A stretch of DNA of 64,000 nt from Microbotryum violaceum (taxonomy: Eukaryota), in the NCBI GenBank assembly GCA_001244265.2, contig CDLV01000005.1, positions 682,001 to 746,000 on the forward strand, read 5' to 3'. The position numbers were made by a program, and so were the translations under genes. A model generated the notes under the pieces. It was given only the letters and a program-made list of their open reading frames with translations. It was not told the origin of the DNA and searched no databases. Position 1 is the stretch's first letter, and each line of letters opens with the position of its first letter. Positions 13,147-26,683 of this stretch are shown one piece after another.

Positions 13147-13897
13147 GTTGTCAGCCTCCAACCGTAGAGCTGTCCGAATGAATGTGACGTGAGTCGGAAG
13201 ATGACGGAAGAAAGCTGAGACCCGAAGGCGAGGCGCGCTAGTTGCGACCAATGGCTCTTTCGGCGAGAAGCTCTCGATCAGACGCGTCCAACGGGCGGGT
13301 CCGTGCACGACTCCTATTCCCACACTTTATCTTGCTTTCACCTAGCGGGAGACCTCAGATTCATCCGGAAAGGTAACTGACACTTTCTGAAGCAAAAGTC
13401 CGTGATGTAGGACTTGTGGCTGCGAGCATGTACCTCGAGGCATTTGCAATTCGACTGCGCACTGAAGGCGGAGCAGGTGGGACGGGCGTGATGTCAAAAG
13501 TTATTGCCGAGTCCGGCAAGTACGGCATCGATTAGCAGTGGGAAGATGCGAGGTGACCCGCATCAACAGTCTCGCGTCGTACTTAGGTTGAAGAATTAAA
13601 GAGCAAAACGGAAATGCCAGCATACGATATACGAGAACCCTCTGATCCGACCGCTTCAAAACCTGTGTCCATGCGCCGCTCCTGCTCCGGCTCGCTCGGG
13701 CCACTTGGGCAGCTGCGCATGAGCTTCGCAACGGGTGCGATCGAGCACGGCGCTGAAGCTCTGTCTCCGCGCCACAGCCGAGCTTGACCTCGCCTCCCCC
13801 CTCCCCCCCACACACGATTCGAACCTCTTCGCTCCGCCCGATCGAACAACGTTACGAAAGGAATAGGTCTACCCAACCCGTCAAGTCATCCTCTACC

Positions 13898-14781
13898 ATG
13901 GGCAACTCGGGGGCCAAGAAGGTGCGCAAGTTCGGTGCGGTGAAGCGTATGATCGCGCCGACGGACATGCGCCTCAAGGCCAACCAAGAGAAGGCCGTCA
14001 AGGACCAGGAGAAGAAGAAGGAGAAGGAGGTCAACCATGTGTGAGTGGTAGCTCGTGCTTCGAGTCGTCGAGATCCACCTGGGTCGTCGTTCTCGCTCGA
14101 CCTAAGCAAGGAGTCCAAGCTGACGGCTGGGCTCTACCACCGTGTGACCATCATCTACAGCGCACCTTTACCCACTTCATTATTCTTGTCGCACAACGAG
14201 GCCCTCGTCCCACCCTACCGAGTCTTGGTCGATACCAATTTCATCAACCTGTCGTTGGAGAACCGCATCGACCTCGTCAAGGCGATGATGGACACCCTCT
14301 ACGCCAAAGCAATTCCTTGCATCTCGGATTGCGTACTTGCAGAGTTGGAGAAATTGGGACAGCAATACCGCTTAGCATTACGGTCAGTTCCATGAGCTAC
14401 CCTAGGACTCGTAAAGAAGCGATGACAGCGCTGACGATCGGCAAAACCTTGCTCCTAATACACGGTCCTGCCCCTCGCAGAGTCGCCCGAGACCCTCGCT
14501 TCGAACGGTTACCCTGCTCGCACAAGGGGACCTATGCCGACGACTGCATTGTGAACCGAGTCACTTCGCACCGTTGCTACATCGTCGCGACGTGCGATCG
14601 AGCTTTGCGCAGGCGGATACGCAAGATCCCTGGTGTTCCGGTGCGTTTGGCCTCGCTCCAGGATTTAATTTCATCGTATTTAAATCTGACCTCGAATATT
14701 GATATCTTGACAGTTGATGTACATTGCCAAGAAGCGATACGCGATCGAAAGGCTGCCCGATCAGGCGCTCGGTTGAACTGA
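13898..14781 (+). CDS. FCF1: rRNA-processing PIN-domain endonuclease Fcf1/Utp24
   Basis: [76 protein letters not shown]; three introns. Confidence 0.95.
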
Positions 14782-15437
14782 GTTTGGGACTTGTCATGCT
14801 TCGGAGTTGTCGGCTTCATTCTATTGCATTTCTCTTCACGTCTTGTGGTCCAGCATCACTTTGTATTCCCACCTTGCTCGCACGGATTTGTCTAGTCAAT
14901 TGACTTCTGCAGTTTGCTCAAAAGACCAACTTCGCCCGATCCCCGAGTCATCGCATTTGAAATATGTTGCAGGCTTGCTAATCTTGATGGATTCAAAATC
15001 ATCTACCATCAGGCAACTATTGAACAGAGCTAAATGAGCGACCGCATCTTGCTCCCAGACCCCCGGCTCGGTTGTATCTAGCCGGGATGATCGACACGCG
15101 CTTCTTCACGCTGCTCCCTGCTGCTCCTCGCTCTCGGGCACCGGCGACGAAGGGACGGCGACCTCACGCGACTTCCCCTTTTGGCGCTGTTTCGCTGACT
15201 GCTTTCTCACCTCATCATCTTGCTACGACCGGGGTCGACTTTCCCAAAGTAGGACCGACTGCTTTACACACAAACACTTTTATCGACCAGGAAATCAGGA
15301 TACTCGGTTGACGACGCGCACAGCCACCTTGCCCCTTGTGCAACTCGACATCATCCCTCAAATCTCCGACCGCCGGTCTCGCTCGGCTTAGCCTGACCCC
15401 CGCTCGTCCACCAGCAGCCGGGTAGCATCTCCTCAAC

Positions 15438-17132
15438 ATGGCAACGATGCAACGATCCGATTCATTGGCCGTACAGGAAGGTAGCAGGTCGGTGCTCGCG
15501 CTCGTGCTGTCGCTGTCGCCGCTGTACCTCTTGCTCCAGTCGCGTGGTCAGTCCCTGAGCAACTCCACATCGCCTCGGTCTCCGCTTTCCGAACCAACGT
15601 AGCTGACCTTTGGCATGTCTCACGACCTACAGGTAGACTCGGACTTGACAACCTCCACCTCGGCCTGATCCAGGTTGTCATGCTACTCCTGCTCAAGACC
15701 GTACTCAACTTTATCCCCTTGGGCTCTTCGCTCGCCAATTCATTCAGCTCCGAAGCCAAGACCGATTCCCGAGAAGTGCCACAAGTACAAAATGGGCAAG
15801 ACACCAAACTCAAGACCCAGAAAAAACGTCGAACCAAAAAAGTCTCCTCAAAAGCTGCCGCCGCAGCTCCCGTTGATACGGGATTGTACCGAACCGCCTG
15901 GCTCGATCAAATTGTGACCAACTTTATCGCCTCGACCGAACCTCGCTACCTCAAACTTCTACCCGATCCAGGAACACCCCCAACGTTTCCCGCTATGCCG
16001 CTGGAGCAATGGGACTCGATGTACAAGGACGACGCGTTGCAGGTCTCGTGCCACCCCAAGATGAAATCCTTGTTCGCGATCCAGGCCAAGTTCCCCGACG
16101 TGCCTCTGCGCAAGCTATATGAAACTTTGATCGACGTGCAGAAGCGCAAGGAATGGGATGGGATGTGTGCCGATGTCGGCGAGATTGAGACGGTCGAACT
16201 AGGAGGTAGGAGGGGTAGTTGCTCATGGATTGCCATGAAGGGAATGGCTATGATCAAAGCCAAGGTGCGCAATGGCTCTTCTCGTGCGTAACTAGTTTAT
16301 ATAGCTCACGAAATTTGTCTTCGTATTCATATTACAGGACTTGTGCGTCGTGTCCGTCGTCAACCGGCTCCCTGCAGAAGCCGACGGCAAAGTGCGCATC
16401 ACGTGCTCGACGACGTCCTTTGATCACCCCAAGTGCCCGCCCAAACCCGAGTACAACCGCATGAAGCTTGGCGTTTCTGGTTTCTTGATCGAAAACTTTG
16501 GAGAGGGCGGAAGTCAGATCACCCAACTGACCGATCTTTCGGGTCTTGGATGTGAGTCTCATTCCCTTTGTGGTGCCCGTAGGCGAAGGACTTTCGGAGT
16601 CTCACCTCTCGCTCTTGTACGATGCACAGCTTGGATTCCCTCCGCCGTTCTTCGCACCGTCACCCAAACCATGCTCCCCAAATCTCTGCAACGCATGGGC
16701 CGGACCGCAGCCGAATTTGACCTGTCCAAGTCTCGCTTCGCTCTCGAAGGCGACGAATGGTTACCCCCTCTCCTTGGTTCCGCCGACGATAGCAAACCCG
16801 ACCCTGGATCAGCACCTGCTGGAGCTAGCACAGAGGCTGATGACGATGTTGATGAAGACGATGACGAATTCACCGACGACGAAGACGATGAATTATCCCC
16901 GGTCGCGACTCGTGAAATCTCAACTCTCGTCGACCAACTCAAGACATTAACGAATCGACTCTCTGCGCTCGAAGGGGGTGCCGGTGCGGATGGAAAAGGA
17001 TCGAAATGGGGTGGTTTGTTGGGCGTTTCGACGATGCATAACGGGAGTGGGAGGTTGACTGTTGCGGGTGGAGCGGCGGGAGCGGCGATCGCCTTGGCGG
17101 CTTTGTCGTTTTGGAATCGGCGGAGGAGATAG
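15438..17132 (+). CDS. START/SRPBCC-domain lipid-binding protein with C-terminal membrane anchor
   Basis: LYETLIDVQKRKEWDGMC, TSFDHPKCPP, RMKLGVSGFLIE, SQITQLTDL..GWIP-type START motifs. C-terminal hydrophobic helix followed by WNRRRR. Three introns. Confidence 0.8.
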
Positions 17133-17926
17133 AGAGGAGGAGGAGTTGCTCATGGCAGAACTGTACACTCATATACTGTTCCTTTTCTTGAGATTGATTG
17201 ATCGATGCAAGGTAATCTGGTATGTCGTAGCCGAGATCGAGCGCGACAATAGCCTTTAGAGAAAACCTTTTTTACATGATCATGTTTGCGGTCCTTTGGA
17301 GATGGCTACAGAGATTTATGGCTAGATGCCATTGCGTTACCTGAAGTGTGGTGTTTGCTGGCTCTTTGATCTGGGCTTGGGTCGCCGTGCCATGTCCCAT
17401 GTCGAACACCGTGATGTCATCGGTTCCTCGATCGGCCTGTCGGTGACCCATCGCCGCGGCACCTCGCACACAAGCCATTTATTTGGTGAGTAGCAGTGAA
17501 CTCGGCACGAGAGCTGGATACATCGACGAGCTCCTAAGAAATGCGGTGATCAACCTCGATTTATCGTCGATTGCCGAGTTCGACGGCGGGCCCTCGGCGC
17601 CCGCCGCCATGGTATTACTTTCGAGGCGGTGTTGGCGCGCGGGCCCGATCGGCGACGACTCGACACGAGGCTTGCTGACGCGCTGACAGGTCGACAGGTG
17701 CTGACGCCTGCTCACGCGACTTGGCAAATTGAGCGCCTCTTTACCGATTCCAGGTCCCTCGGCTGGTCCCATTTCATCTCGAGTTGCCATCACCTCGACC
17801 CACTTCCGTTGCTTCACGAACCTGACCTAATCTCTCACTCGAGACTCCCTCCCACCTCGTCTCTCCCTGTAGCCTTTAGCCCCGCCTAGAAGGTCCCCCC
17901 CTGCCGCGAGAATCATCATCAGAACC

Positions 17927-19533
17927 ATGACCTGGCCTTCGTCGTCGTCGTCGGAACCGATCCTATTGGACATCAAAGGGCCTTACGCGATCATCACCCT
18001 CAACCAACCGGCCAAAAAGAACGCGCTCGACCTCGTACTCTACAAACGTCTTAGTACCCTCATCCAGGTTAGTCGGTCAAACTGTTCATGCCTGTTCATC
18101 CCTTGTAACGAAACGACCAGTCAGCGAGGACTCCGGATTCTCGGCAATCGCGGCAACCGGCGGCCCGCAGCGCGCCGCGGGGGCGAGGGGGCGACGTGGA
18201 CGATGGCCGAGCTGAGACGTCTCGGCTTTGGCAACAGCAAGCAAGCTGCAGCGCCCGAGGCTGATCAGCGCTGGCATTCACGTTGTGTTCATCTTTTAGA
18301 GCGTCGATGCGAATCCATCGGTTTACATCACCGTCTTGACCGGTCGTGGTGACTTTTTCTCCGCTGGAGCTGATGGTAAGTCGACTCGTCGCGCCTCCCC
18401 GGGTCCGAATCGAGCGCGGCTGCCCGCTTCCGGTCTTGGGTGGGGCTCAGTCCCACAAATTCCCGAAACTGGTTGCTCATCGTGCCTTCTTGTCTGCACA
18501 GTCAAGCAAGCCCGAGCCCAAATCGGTGAAGAGGACGTACGAGGCTCGACCCTCCGTCGCTTGACCGAGTCCAATCTCGATCTCGCTAGGGCTTTGTACC
18601 GCCATAGCAAGATTCTCGTAGCGGCGCTCAATGGCCCTGCAATCGGCTTGAGTGCGGCGTTGTTGGGGCACTTCGATTTCGTTTACGCTGTAAGTACTTC
18701 GTACGATGATTGTGACGTGGGTCTGAGAGCGTTAGCGCATCTTCTGCTGTTCCTCCACTCGCTTTGTGGACGGTCAGGGGGCGGTGCGCAATGCTGCAGA
18801 GCCGAGCGCACCCCAGATGTTCTGGACGACCACGAGTTCTCGTTTTGTTTGGCCCTCGTTCCGAGCATAACCTAATCACCTCATTCTTTCCCTCTTGACC
18901 AGGTCGAGAACGCCTACATTTTGACTCCATTTTCGGCGCTCTCAATTGTCGCCGAAGGCGGATCGTCACTGTCGTTCCCCAGGCGTATGGGCATCGTCAA
19001 AGCCAAGTGAGTGATGTTGGAGAAGGGAATTAGCCTACCACTGTGACTCAGAAGACTGATGAGCGCGACTCTTCATAAAGTGAGGCTCTCATTCTCGGCA
19101 AGAAGCTCGGCGCTTCGGAGCTTCAACAGGTGGGTTTCATGCGATAGCGGAATTGGAGTACGAACAGTTCCTGTACTAACAACGCGACTATGCAAATTCC
19201 AGAATGGCTTCTTCAACAAGGTATGTTTCACAGGCAGATCGGTCGTCCTCGGGGGCAAGAGCTGACTTTCACCCTCAAAACCTTACTCAGATTTTCCCTC
19301 AATCCTCCGACGCCGCGTTCCTGCAATCGCTCATGACGTACCTCAAGGAAAAGTTCGCGACCTTGGACCTCGACGCCTGCCTCAAGACGAAGCAATTGAT
19401 CAAGCAGACCTTGCCCGATCCGGACCCGAGCAACATCCGGGAACTCTTCGCTGCGGCCGAGCAGTTCGCCTCTGGTCGCCCCCAACAAAAATTCGCCGAT
19501 ATCGCGGCGAAGAAGATGCGTCATAAGCTTTAG
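17927..19533 (+). CDS. Peroxisomal delta3,delta2-enoyl-CoA isomerase (crotonase fold)
   Basis: AIITLNQPAKKNAL; LTGRGDFFSAGAD; KILVAALNGPAIGLSAALLGHFDFVYA; TPFSALSIVAEGG. C-terminus RHKL is PTS1-like. Many short exons. Confidence 0.9.
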
Positions 19534-19826
19534 GGCGACGATCCTACTCCACTACGCGGACCGCTTCACTAGCTTGAGCGCTCGGACTACTTGTGACTAG
19601 CTGGTGAATGCGATAGACACTCTCCTCTTTCTCTCTTGGTTTTCGAACCTATCTTCACTTTCTCCGTTGTGCCGTATCGTATTGGGTCATTCCCTCGCCG
19701 GCCTCTCTGGATCTCATAAAACACACACAACCTAGCTCATGTAATCGAAATACATGCATGGTTGTCCTCTGACTACAGGCTCTGATCATCAAGCTGTATC
19801 CACTTCCATGCCCTCGACAGCCTCTC

Positions 19827-21763
19827 CTATTCGTGGCTTGTCAATCGCCGCTTCACCTCGGCCTCTTCCATTTCGGCTTGGACTTCGGCTTGGACGTCGG
19901 ATTGGACTTCGGGTTCCACCTCCAGACTTTCCTTTTTGCCCTCCTCTGTCTTGGGCACCGCCGCCGCCGCCGAAGTTGTCGGTTTTGACTTCTTGACCGG
20001 CCCCGCCTCCTCCTGCCTCTGCTGCTGGTGACCGGCCTCCTCGATCCTCGCCGCGAGTTGTTGTTGAAACTGCCTAACCTGCTCCATCTCATCCTGATCG
20101 TCCAACCAAGCCTGCTCCCTCAGCCACTCGGGATAGCGATCGCACAAAGGACGCCATTTCTTCGTCCCTTCCTCCATGCCACACGCACTTTGAGGCGGTT
20201 TGGAACTCTTCCTCAAGACATCATCAAGATCCTCCGGAGGCGGGTACTCAAACTCCGGACCAGGGTTGATCTCAACGATCGCTCCACCGAAAACGGAAGC
20301 GAAAGGGAAGTACCCCAATGTCCCATCATCATGGTTGTTCATCCTCGGATCACTCTTGCGATTCGTAGGGACCCTCAACCCATCGTGCGTCGGTAGCGGT
20401 ACATAATCGAACAAATCCTCGAACGCAACGCCTTGACATTCCCCGTCGACCCAAAACGCCAATTTCGCACCTGGAAGAACCGGCACCTCTCGTAAAGGAG
20501 GTTCATCCGATTCGTTCGGTAGTGGCGCTCGTTTACCCGGAGCCACTTTTTTCCGTTCTTCTTCGAGAGGTCCTTGTTGTTTGAGATGGGCTGGGTCGGC
20601 GGCGAGTTGGCTCATTTCTTTCGAGGCGGCATATTCGAGCAGTTCAAAGTAGAGGGACCCTTTGTAGCGGATGGGGACGCGTTTGCGCACGATATGGGAG
20701 GGGTGGGACCGGTCTGTTTCGGGTGGGGCGGGTTGAGGGGGTAGGGAGAGGTATACACCGATTGTCGAGCCGGAGGAGAAGGGTTTGCCGTAGGGTGCTG
20801 GTCGGGCTAGGGTGATGGCCTCTCCTCCTTTGTCACGGTAAGCGTACGAGTGGCTGTTTCAGAGACGAAATTTCAGCTCTGGTTTCGTCGAGGAAACTAG
20901 CTCAGTCTCACTCACCCATCAAACCCAACAGGAGCATTGAGAGGAGCTTCTCGTCTCCCCACGCCTAGTCGGACCCAACTACCCTCCTTTGCGCCGGCAG
21001 CATCAACCTCCTTGGGTCCCCCACCTCGATGAACCTTGAACTCCCAATACCAACTCCCCTCCCTCAAGCTTACATTGGCCCTTGCTGCCCTCCACCCCTT
21101 CTCAGCCGTCACGGTCATCGCATCCTCCGTGATCATGACAAAAGTCGATCGATCCTCCCACGACCACCTTGCCCGCCGTGGTGCACTTTCAATGACCCTT
21201 TGGACGGGGGTCGGGAGGTGGGAATGTGGTGAAGGTCCGCAGGGTACGTATCTGTAGCCTCGTTGGTTGATGGGATGAGCGCGAGTTTGGAAGAATTCAA
21301 AGGCAGAGGTTGGTAGCGGGACCGAGGTGAGGGGTGGGACGAGTTGAGGTGCGGCGGCGCAGATCATGGGATCGCGAGGGAGTCTTCCTCGAGCTGGGAC
21401 GGCATTGTAGTTCATCTGATGGCCTGTGCTTGAGGTGGACACCGTTGTTGAGGAGGTATTGGCGGTGGCTACGGTGGTGATGGCCGTCGAGATGGACGCG
21501 ACGGGGGAGAGTTTTCGCTTGCCATTCCCAAGTCGAGCCGCGACGGCACGTTCCTACGAGGGCAATTTCAGCCAGGTCAGCTGCAGTTACACGTCAAAGG
21601 AGGTTACAAGGTCAAAGATGCCCACCTCTGAAGCTTCACGCGTCTGTGGAGTCGAGCGAGGTGACCCATCCAGCTGAACAGATGTGGAGGTCGATTCGGC
21701 GACAAGCTCCTCCGAGTCAGAAAGGGCGCCTTTGTCCGTGGGTGGAGAGGCCAGAGAAGACAT
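19827..21763 (-). CDS. ASH2: COMPASS/Set1 complex subunit Ash2/Bre2 (SPRY domain)
   Basis: HPINQRGYRYVPC; WEDRS; GWRAARANVSLREGSWYWE; WVRLGVGRREAPLNAPVGFDG; RVPIRYKGSLYFE; QGVAFEDL; DDGTLGYFPFASVFGG; INPGPEF. Confidence 0.9.
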
Positions 21764-22320
21764 CTTGGCTGCCACGATCGATGCAAGCTGAAACAGGGTG
21801 CTTCGAGGTGTGCGTGTCGCGTGGTGTAGACGCAGGCCGAACTGCTTTTGCTTCTCGATCTGACGCGCCGAGGAACGGCAGCGATCAACTGGCCCTGAAC
21901 GCGCACGGACCTCTTTGGAACGACAGCGTTCGGCCCGGCCGGCGTCGTTGCCGTTCGTCGCCACAAGAAGCACGCGATACTCACGCGATCCCACGCGGGC
22001 ACATAATGGCTACTTCGGGGTTGAACCTTGCCTGTCCGCCTCTTCCTCTTTCACCACTCGTACACCTTGGTGCGTCAATCCAGCTCCTGCACTGCATATT
22101 GAACTGTGCATACCCCTCCACACCTAAGTTGCTGACACCACTTCTTGTACAGGCAGATCCCGGAACAGGTCCCGGCTCGCTGCATTGTGCGATAAGCAAC
22201 CCGCGTGACCTCATCATATAATAAGCGATCGACGACCGACCAGCTCGCCTCCCGACTCATCAACTCATTAACCTCAATCCCCGGCCACCACTCCTACCCG
22301 CCTTCCCATATTAGCCCATC

Positions 22321-24054
22321 ATGCTCGTCCCCCTCACTCAAGCTTGTGCCCTCCTGGCGTTATCCTCGGTCGCCCTCTCGGCGCCGGTACAACAGATCCC
22401 TTTCTCGGACACTTCGATCGCTCAGCCCAAACTCTCCTTGGCCTCGCTGAACATCGAGCCTTCGCTCCGATCTCGCTTGGACCAACACATCGCTTCCTTG
22501 CCCGAGAAACGACTCGTACAACTCGCCGACGATGCTCAACCCATCGAGGTGACGGAGGGGGAAAAGTCGATCCTCGTTATGAAGGGGATTCGCTTCGTCG
22601 ATGTCACGGAGGAGGACCCGGCTTTGGTCGCCGCTGCTCAGGTCGCCATCGCCGGTCAGGGTGCGTCGAAACATACACCCTTTCCTGCCGCTGTTCATTT
22701 CCAGACAGTTCCTGATCTTTGCTCATCTAATCAAACAGATGCCTTCCCGACCAAATTGAGCTACAGCGTCAAGCAGGCGCAGCCCCTCTTCGACACCATC
22801 TCCCTCGAGAGGATGAAGACCTTCTTGACCCGCTTCTCCGGATTTCACACGCGCTACTACCGCTCCTCAACGGGGAAGCAGTCCCAGGAGTTCTTGTTGA
22901 ACCACGTCAAGGAGGTGAGATCGGCATCGAATTGTTTCGATTGAAGAAACCTGAACGGTGACGCATCAGAATTTGACTCGAAAACCAGATTATCAAATCG
23001 AACCCCAAGATTGCCGACTCGATCTCGGTCAAGGAGTTTCCGCATTCGTGGGGACAAAACTCCATCATTCTTCGCTTTGAACCCTCGTCCAAGGCCTCGG
23101 CTCTGCGCAAAAAGCAGGGCAAGGAACAGGTTGTCATCCTCGGCGCTCATCAGGATTCGACCAACATGTTCCCCTTCTTGGCCGCTCCCGTGAGTTGAAA
23201 GAGATGTACTCGTAGAAGTGCTCGTGCGATAACTACTGACAAACGGCGTATTCTGAACGCTCTCAGGGTGCTGATGACGATGGTTCGGGAACGACTACCC
23301 TCGTCGAGGCTCTCACTGTACTCGTTAACGCCTCGTTCATCCCTAGCGATCACCCCGTCGAGTTCCACTGGTGAGTTTCGAAGCTAAACGACCTGCTCCA
23401 AAGAGCGTGATGCTCATCGCGGCTTTATTTCACTCTCCAGGTACTCGGCCGAGGAAGGCGGGCTGTTGGGCTCGCAAGCTGTTGCGCAGAGCTATGCCAG
23501 GGACGGAAAGAAGGTCCGATCCATGCTCCAGATGGACAGTGAGTTAGCTGGACCTAGCGCCCATCCCTCGTGCGACTAGCTGATGGCCTAGACGACGACT
23601 CCTCACAGTGACGGCCTTCGTCAAACCCGGCACGACCCCGACCTACGGCATCATCCGTGACTTTGTCTCGCCCGAATTCACCGACCTCGTCGCCTTGCTC
23701 ATCGACGAGTACGGAGATATCTCCCGCACCGACACCCAATGCGGGTACGCCTGCTCGGACCATGCTTCGTGGTCCAAGGTCGGTGCACCCTCGGCTTTCG
23801 CGATCGAGTCGAGCTTCCCCGACTCGAATAAGAAGATTCACTCGAGTGGCGATACGATCCAGAATGAGGGCTTTAGCTTTGAGCGTCAGTCCGGGCGTGA
23901 AGCAGCGGATGTATCAAGAACGATCGGTCTACTGACCTTTTGATTGTTGCCCCTTCCTCCTCCTTCCTTCCTTCTGGCAGACATGCGAAGCTTCGTCAGG
24001 CTCAGTGTCGGTATGACGCTTGAGATGGGTGGAGCCGAAAAGCTTTTCAGCTAG
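22321..24054 (+). CDS. Secreted M28-family leucine aminopeptidase
   Basis: Signal peptide. [59 protein letters not shown] (zinc-ligand motifs of M28). Confidence 0.92.
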
Positions 24055-24542
24055 TTTCCTTGTACTCGTATCGCTAGAGACACTTTAGCCTGCAATTCCC
24101 GACCACTTTTCCCATAGCTTTCAATTTGTACTACCTATGCACACACTGTCTGATAATCCCATGCGCATCAGGCGGCATAGAGAGCAATATTCGTGGTGGT
24201 TGGACAATTGAAGGGAGGGTGGGTTGTTCAATGCCTCGCTTGTCAGTTGGCTTGAAAGTAGAGAACATAGCCAAGATTTCTGAGCGACTGTACGTCAACT
24301 CGGACCGTTGATCGGTCCCCGGTCGCCCCGCTTGACCCTCGCCACGACCTCACAGTTTTCACCATAGTCAGCGTCATCGTTCGTCTTCACTCGCACGAGC
24401 ACTCGCCTCTTGGTACGTCCCTCAGTGAGCCCGGCTGCGAACACGGACTTTGTCCATCCGTAATAAACGGATAGACGGAAAGAGGGCTTTTTTTGCGTAG
24501 ATTGACAGCGAAAGCTTACAGGCGCTTCGATGAAAGCAATCT

Positions 24543-26267
24543 CTACAATTTGGGAACCCCCCAAAGTCCTTTCGAGCCATAGACTTTCCTCAACTGTTGT
24601 CCTATGGCCATAGCCGTCTCGGTCGGTTTCTCCTGCACGATCAAATGACCCGAACCCGGGATCGTGAATTGAGTCGCGAGTGGGATGAGGCCCAAGAGGT
24701 TTTCGCGGTCCGGAGAAGGAGGGACGACGGAACCCTTTTCGGCGAAGATGAAATGGACGGGGAGGGTCGATGGGAGGAGCGCAAGGCGACCGGCGGCTCT
24801 TCGGGCGGCACCGGCGGTTAGGTCGCCAAAAACGAGCTGTAATAGTAATTCCAGTTTGGAGCGTATCAGCGCGCCGAAGTCCTCGAAGTAAAGTAGGTCA
24901 AAAGGCTTGTCGGACTCACCGCTTCGTCCTTGGCTCGGCATTTCAGAGCCACATGTTTCTTGCCATCCTTGTCAACAACGTGTTTGGTCGCCAATTCGAC
25001 ATACAAATCCAGACTTCTGGAATCCCATCCCCGGAAGAAAGCCTTCTTCAAGAAACCTTCTTTAGCATCCTGCTTGGAAACCCACGTCTCCTTCCTCACG
25101 CAAGCACCTTTGGTCAGGGCCGACATGATTCGGTCCGTACCAGGAGGTGGGAGGACGGGATCGCAGAGGATGATGGAGGAGAAGAGACTCGGTTGTGCGG
25201 TTGCGGCGAAGGCCATACCACCTCCTCCGAGAGAATGGCCGATGCCGACGATCAGTCGATTTCGAAAGATTCGTTGGGTCGGGTAGGATGCACCGGGCGA
25301 TACGGCGAGATTGTCGAGGGCCAAGAGGGTCGTGTTGTGAGGGGTGGAGATATAGGGGAGACTGATGGAGGAGGTCGAAAAAGGCGATAGAGGGTCGGGG
25401 AGGTACGAGATGAGGAAGTTGGCGATGTCTCGGCCATGGTCGGACCAGTCGACTGAAAGAGGGAAGAGTTCTCATTTTGAGCTGCGCTCCGCGAGTTATG
25501 CACAAGGGCCCAGAGTATGATGCTGAACGTACAGGTAGTACCCAATACGGCTTCGTTCAGAACTGCCGAGTCGCCTTGGTTGACGGCGTCCAAGCACCAA
25601 ATTTCGCCAATGGGCATCAGGGTCGAGTCCCACGAGTCGAGCAAATCGGAAATGACGGGTTCCCAGGTTTCTATTCACCCACATAAAGAGGTTGAAGACC
25701 GTGTTAACCCGGCGATTCCAATCGATGATCCAGGTTTCAAGTCGACTCACCCTTGTGGAAGCCATTGGCATGGGCAAAGACCAAGGTCAAGAGTGGGGCC
25801 TCCTTGGACGGTGCCGCGGCTCGATTGACGTAACGACTCGCCGCCAGGAACAACTGTTCCTGTTCCCGTAATTGTTGCTGATCCGTAATTGAAACCTTGC
25901 CTCCTCTCAAGCCATGTAACTGGTTCACGGCCAGATCATGGAACGCTCGATTCGCATCGATCCGTCCCGTTGTCGCTGGCGCCCCACTTGGTTGCGATGC
26001 CGAGCCTTTGGAACTTGAAGTGCTTGTCGTGCCATTCTTGAGCGATCGTGGGAACGCGGCAGGCACGACAAAAGTATCGACCTTCCAATCGGAGTGCTTG
26101 GAGGCACCGAAAGGCGATCGAGTAGACGAGCCGAGAGCAAGGTCGGGCAACGTGCCTCGGGTGGACGACTTGGGAGGAAGCAACGGCACGAGCGCACCTG
26201 GCGCCGCGAGGTTGCGTGCTTGCAACTCGAGCTCTACCAATTGTTCGTTGGTGTATGTTGTTGCCAT
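24543..26267 (-). CDS. Alpha/beta-hydrolase (Lpx1-like), putative peroxisomal
   Basis: LVFAHANGFHKETWEP; EIWCLDAVNQGDSA; nucleophile GHSLGG; GSGHLIVQEKP; C-terminus PKL. Confidence 0.88.
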
Positions 26268-26683
26268 CGTATTGGATCGGGGGAGGCTGAAAAGCGGGGC
26301 AAGGTCGTCAAGTCCCAGCTGCGCGCGACTTACAGAGTTTACGAGGCTTCCGGCAAAACTTTGGCCTTCTTTGGCGCACTCTTTTGGTCGGGGGGCTAAA
26401 CTGCCAAACCGGTACGGGAGCCTGCTCTGAGGGTGGCCAATGGAGCTCAAGGACAAGCCACGGGAAGAAACCCCCACATGATGATCCACTCAGTATTCTC
26501 AAAAAATCATAGGTGACATGCTGAAGGTGACCGCTAGCGTTGAATGTTAAGACCGTGAGATCATGACGCGACCGTCGAAAGTCACGTGATCAGAAAGACA
26601 GGGGGTGTCGAGTCAGTGTAAAGCCGGGAGCGGCGCGCCTGGCCAACGGCAGCCGGCAGGCGCATGAGCCCAGCGCAGCACAC

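Noticed and set aside
17272-17817. Two abutting in-frame minus-strand ORFs (TAA-ATG junction) between the START and isomerase genes
   Set aside because: They are short, have no recognisable domain and no convincing gene structure.
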